This document shows, piece by piece, positions 60,645 through 64,000 of a DNA stretch of 64,000 nt. This stretch comes from Campylobacterales bacterium (GTDB lineage Bacteria > Campylobacterota > Campylobacteria > Campylobacterales > QNZT01), in assembly GCA_027068765.1 (NCBI GenBank), contig JAMOMC010000188.1, positions 199 to 64,198 on the forward strand, in the 5' to 3' direction. Below the pieces are notes generated by a model. The model did no database searches, had not been told where the DNA came from, and saw nothing but the letters and a program-made list of their open reading frames with translations. Each line of letters begins with the position of its first letter. Within the stretch, counting starts at the first letter, position 1. Position numbers and translations under genes: made by a program.

Positions 60645-62642
60645 TTAATGAACTCTACAAGTAAACTCAGCAAGAGAGCTTTTAAGTTCATTTGCTGTAT
60701 TTTTAAGCTCTTTTGTTGTTTGTGTAGCACCAAAGATACTATCTCTATTTTCAGAAGAAGATAATTTTATCTCTTGCATAGTGGAGACAAATGTTTTCAT
60801 CATTTTTGAAGATTCTACTATCTTAGTTGTTGTTGTATGGACATTATCAACAGCTGTTTTCATGACTTCGCTCACTTCGTCAACTTCTTGATGAACTTCA
60901 TTTGATGTTTGTGTGAGAATGCTTATGTTCTCTACATTCTTGTTCATCTCTCCACTCGTATCTATGATTGCTTGAACGATTACACTTATAGTTGCATTAA
61001 TTTCGCTAAGTGACTTTTGTGTTCTTTCAGCTAGTTGTCTAACTTCATCAGCAACTACTGCAAAACCTCTTCCGTGTTCTCCAGCTCTTGCTGCCTCAAT
61101 TGCTGCATTTAGAGCGAGTAGGTTTGTCTGGTCTGCAATATCACTTATAACACTAAGCACAGATTTTACTTGCTCAGCATCTCCACTTAATTGATTTAGT
61201 TTTTCGGCTAACTCTATTTCACTATGAGAGTTATCACTCATTTTTTCTATCATATTTAAAATTTTTTCTCTAGCACTCTCTAACTTATCTTGAGCTTGCT
61301 GTATATTATCTTTTGTTATATTTGCTTCATCTGTTGAGCTAGATAGTGTATCTTGTAGCTCTCTTGCGCTATTTGCAGTCTCCTCAATCATCTTAGCTTC
61401 ACTCTCGATATTTTGAGTTATATCTTGAAATATATTGTCTATTTTGTCTGTAGCCTCTTGGTTTTGTTTAGTTCCACTTTGAGCATGGCTTATGGCATCT
61501 GATGTACCAACCACCAAAGAGCGTACAGATTTTGCAATTGAGCCTATCTCATCACTGCTTGAAACATCGATAATATTTGTTAAATCTTTTGTACCAACTA
61601 TATCTTCAATTTTCAGTTTAAGTTTTGAGATGGAGTTGTTTATCCCTTTAATTAAAGAGATTGCAAATAAGATATTAAATAAAATTGCAATAGTTGCTAA
61701 AATAGAGTGAAGTAGTAGTGATGAAGTAACTTCATCTTCAAATATTTCGATATTTTGATCAAGATATTTAGCCGTCTCATCATCAATCTCTTTTAAGATA
61801 TTTATCTTTTTAGTAATTTGTTCAAACCAATATACACTATCAACACCAAATTCTCCAACAGTTGCTTTTTGTATAGCTATATCTCTCATTTTTTGAACCT
61901 CTTTGACACTTTGTGCATCCATCTTTTTCTCATAAAATGAAAAAAGCTCATTTGGTGCAAAACCTTTAAAAGTTTTTATAAAAGCATTTTGTTCTCCTAG
62001 CAAGTCTACAAATGTATGGTGAGATTTACTTGTAAATTTATCTTTTGCAAAAACACCACTCATAACAGCTCTTTCAACTCCAGCTCTCTCTTTTGCTTCT
62101 AAAAAGACAAAATAAGAGGCTAGTGCTTTTGTGATTTCATTTTGAGGAGAATTTCTTGTATTATTACTTGCGATACTGAGCATCTTTGCATTCATATTTG
62201 TATAGTAAGCAACTGTATCTTTTAACTCAATATTTAGTGTTGAGATTTTCTCTCTCATATTGTCAAGACGATTTAAATCTTTTAACAATGTAACTGTTCT
62301 ACTTTTTAATTCATTTGGAAAATTAGAAAATTGGAAATTATCTATAAACTCTATAAATTTCTTTTTTTGTTTGTTAGTTAATTTTCGTTGGTTTGCAAGT
62401 TTTTCTTTAAACTTTACTCCATTTGAGCCAACAAATCCAGCACTTGCACCTCTCTCTTTTTGAGTCTCATGTAGTATGAGACTTATCTCTTTACTTAGCT
62501 GTGATAACTCTTTTACTTTTGCAACATCCTCTTTTATGACTAAATCATTAAAAATTATTGAGCCTGTGAAAAATATAATTAACAGTGAGGGAATCAATGT
62601 TAAAGTTATTAGCTTGGTTCTGATTGTTAGATTTGAAAACAT
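60645..62642 (-). CDS. methyl-accepting chemotaxis protein with NIT (nitrate/nitrite-sensing type) periplasmic domain
   Basis: TM, the NIT hallmark [18 protein letters not shown], a second TM, HAMP, and a signalling domain with [37 protein letters not shown]. Confidence 0.9.
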   Translation of the reverse strand: MFSNLTIRTKLITLTLIPSLLIIFFTGSIIFNDLVIKEDVAKVKELSQLSKEISLILHETQKERGASAGFVGSNGVKFKEKLANQRKLTNKQKKKFIEFIDNFQFSNFPNELKSRTVTLLKDLNRLDNMREKISTLNIELKDTVAYYTNMNAKMLSIASNNTRNSPQNEITKALASYFVFLEAKERAGVERAVMSGVFAKDKFTSKSHHTFVDLLGEQNAFIKTFKGFAPNELFSFYEKKMDAQSVKEVQKMRDIAIQKATVGEFGVDSVYWFEQITKKINILKEIDDETAKYLDQNIEIFEDEVTSSLLLHSILATIAILFNILFAISLIKGINNSISKLKLKIEDIVGTKDLTNIIDVSSSDEIGSIAKSVRSLVVGTSDAISHAQSGTKQNQEATDKIDNIFQDITQNIESEAKMIEETANSARELQDTLSSSTDEANITKDNIQQAQDKLESAREKILNMIEKMSDNSHSEIELAEKLNQLSGDAEQVKSVLSVISDIADQTNLLALNAAIEAARAGEHGRGFAVVADEVRQLAERTQKSLSEINATISVIVQAIIDTSGEMNKNVENISILTQTSNEVHQEVDEVSEVMKTAVDNVHTTTTKIVESSKMMKTFVSTMQEIKLSSSENRDSIFGATQTTKELKNTANELKSSLAEFTCRVH

Positions 62643-62678
62643 GTGCTTGTCCTTTGAGTTTTTTTGGTCGTAGCATAT

Positions 62679-62705
62679 GTATCGGTAGAAATGAAAAAAT
62701 CTTTA
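62679..62705 (-). promoter_or_regulatory. sigma28 (FliA)-type promoter TAAA-N15-ACCGATAC
   Basis: The minus strand reads TAAA gattttttcatttct ACCGATAC. The -10 ends 36 nt upstream of the ATG at 62642. Confidence 0.55.
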
Positions 62706-62707
62706 AT

Positions 62708-63466
62708 TTATTTTAACTCTATATAAAATGAAGTTTCAAACACTTTTTTAACAGCTCCTTTAAAGTAAATTACACCATCAACCATCGATAGTAAAAGTTC
62801 CTCTTTGCTAGTTGGGTAGACTTTTGTCACTTCATCAACATTTTTATCTTCTAAAGCTGCATAAAAACAAGCCGCCATGCCCGTTCCACAAGCTTTAGTT
62901 TCATCCTCTACACCTCTCTCATAAGTTCTGATGTGGAGTGTTCTATTTTCGCTATCTATTTTGGCAAAGTTTACATTTGCATCGTATTTATCTCGCATCT
63001 CTTTGGCTATATCTTTTGAAAATAGTTTCAAATCATCTACAAAAGTGACAAGATGAGGGACACCGGTATCTATAAGTCTCCACTTAAAACCCTCTTCAAT
63101 TATGACACTATCTAAGAGTTTTGCTTTGGTTAATTTAACTTCTGCTTTATCATCTTCAACAGTAGCTTCGATAACACCTGAAAGGGTTAAAAACTTCATC
63201 TGTTTTTCACATAAGTTATTTGAAAAAGCATAGTGAGCTACAGCACGGCTTCCATTTCCGCACATTTCAGCAACACTTCCATCGCTGTTGTAAAACTCCC
63301 ACTCAAAATCATAAGAGCTATGGGGAAGAATAACTATCAATCCATCAGCGCCTATACCGCTTTGTCTGTTACATAGTTTTTTTGCTAGATTAGCTCTTGG
63401 TTTTTTTAAAAAAGTGTGAAAAATGATAAAATCATTTCCACTTGCATTATATTTTGTTAGTTGCAT
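62708..63466 (-). CDS. dapF: diaminopimelate epimerase
   Basis: Motifs NASGNDF, MCGNGSR, GVPH and ACGTG. Confidence 0.92.
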   Translation of the reverse strand: MQLTKYNASGNDFIIFHTFLKKPRANLAKKLCNRQSGIGADGLIVILPHSSYDFEWEFYNSDGSVAEMCGNGSRAVAHYAFSNNLCEKQMKFLTLSGVIEATVEDDKAEVKLTKAKLLDSVIIEEGFKWRLIDTGVPHLVTFVDDLKLFSKDIAKEMRDKYDANVNFAKIDSENRTLHIRTYERGVEDETKACGTGMAACFYAALEDKNVDEVTKVYPTSKEELLLSMVDGVIYFKGAVKKVFETSFYIELK

Positions 63467-63490
63467 CTACACTCTTTTCTTATTTTTTCT

Positions 63491-64000
63491 CTATTTTAGC
63501 GAACATTTCCTATATAAAAATGTCAACAATGGCTCTTCTAATTTAATACGAATAAGATAGCTAATTACAAATATAGCAAATATAGCCACCAAAGTAACAA
63601 TCCAACCATAACTAACATGCACTGCAAATTTAAAATCTACAATCGACAACATAGGTCCATGGATCATAAGCATTATGTACTCCGCTTCTCCTAATTTATA
63701 TATGAAATTATTAGCAGGAGCAGGTTTAAATTTACCATAATTTACAACTGCAATCACCATCAAAAGAGAAGCAAGACCAAATACTAAAACTCTAGATTTA
63801 TAGAAATCAACTTCAGTATAAGCATGTATTGTGCCAATGGCAAAAAAGACAGATATTGCAAAAACTAAAAATAGGTTATATCTCTCAATTTTATAACCTT
63901 TTTGAAAAAAGTAGTATGCAAAAGCTCCAAAAGCAAACTCAAGATTGTGAGGGCTAAAAACCCTATAAAGCACATCTTCACCAAAGATTTGTGATCCTAT
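63491..64000 (-). CDS. acyltransferase-3-like integral membrane protein, C-terminal part (gene runs off the window)
   Basis: The reading frame stays open to position 64000. Multiple TM helices, and an LGEAEYIMLMIHGP pattern like the acyltransferase_3 C-terminus. Confidence 0.5.
   Translation of the reverse strand: MGSQIFGEDVLYRVFSPHNLEFAFGAFAYYFFQKGYKIERYNLFLVFAISVFFAIGTIHAYTEVDFYKSRVLVFGLASLLMVIAVVNYGKFKPAPANNFIYKLGEAEYIMLMIHGPMLSIVDFKFAVHVSYGWIVTLVAIFAIFVISYLIRIKLEEPLLTFLYRKCSLK

Noticed and set aside
1-64000. Search by eye for CRISPR repeats, tRNA/rRNA/tmRNA, IS elements, integrases and known defence-system genes
   Set aside because: None was recognised. The unknown ORFs lack nuclease, ATPase, reverse-transcriptase, TIR or SIR2-type motifs, so no defence-island claim is made.

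Overview
This is an AT-rich, very gene-dense chromosomal segment. Gene content and order (thrB-ylxR-infB-rbfA-rimP-ribD without nusA, minC-lpxC-tsaB, plsY-folB, an isolated flhB, an SQR-type flavoprotein, many PAS/NIT/GGDEF sensors) look like a Campylobacterota (epsilonproteobacterial) genome, probably from a sulfur oxidiser. The taxon is inference only. I support about 65 CDS, mostly housekeeping, and I saw no rRNA, tRNA, CRISPR array, transposase or integrase. The main result is regulatory. Six intergenic, correctly oriented 27-nt boxes fit the sigma28/FliA promoter pattern TAAA-N15-GyCGATAy (five exactly, one with AAAA at -35), each 27-74 nt upstream of a start codon. They precede a NIT-HAMP-PAS-GGDEF*-EAL phosphodiesterase, a REC-PAS-HPt-CheA-core kinase lacking a CheW-like domain (in an operon with CheX and CheY), a REC-REC-GGDEF cyclase, a NIT-domain MCP, and two proteins of unknown function (a zinc-ribbon membrane protein and a 635-aa lipoprotein). 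This suggests an undescribed motility-coupled c-di-GMP and chemosensory regulon. Other points of interest:
- a 1220-aa secreted chimeric GEVED-motif protein
- a consensus sigma70 promoter with a palindromic operator whose 15-mer core recurs 700 bp away, driving a wHTH / LolA-like / beta-barrel / MMPL exporter operon
- a decayed DUF4258-like/YgiT toxin-antitoxin relic
- a structured orphan intergenic region that may be an sRNA
- a tsaB whose conserved N-terminus has only an ATA at the expected ATGA overlap start
- a minimal 174-aa orphan NPPF methyltransferase
- a periodic Ala/Gly/Asp lipoprotein
All family assignments come from motifs read by eye. No database search was run.
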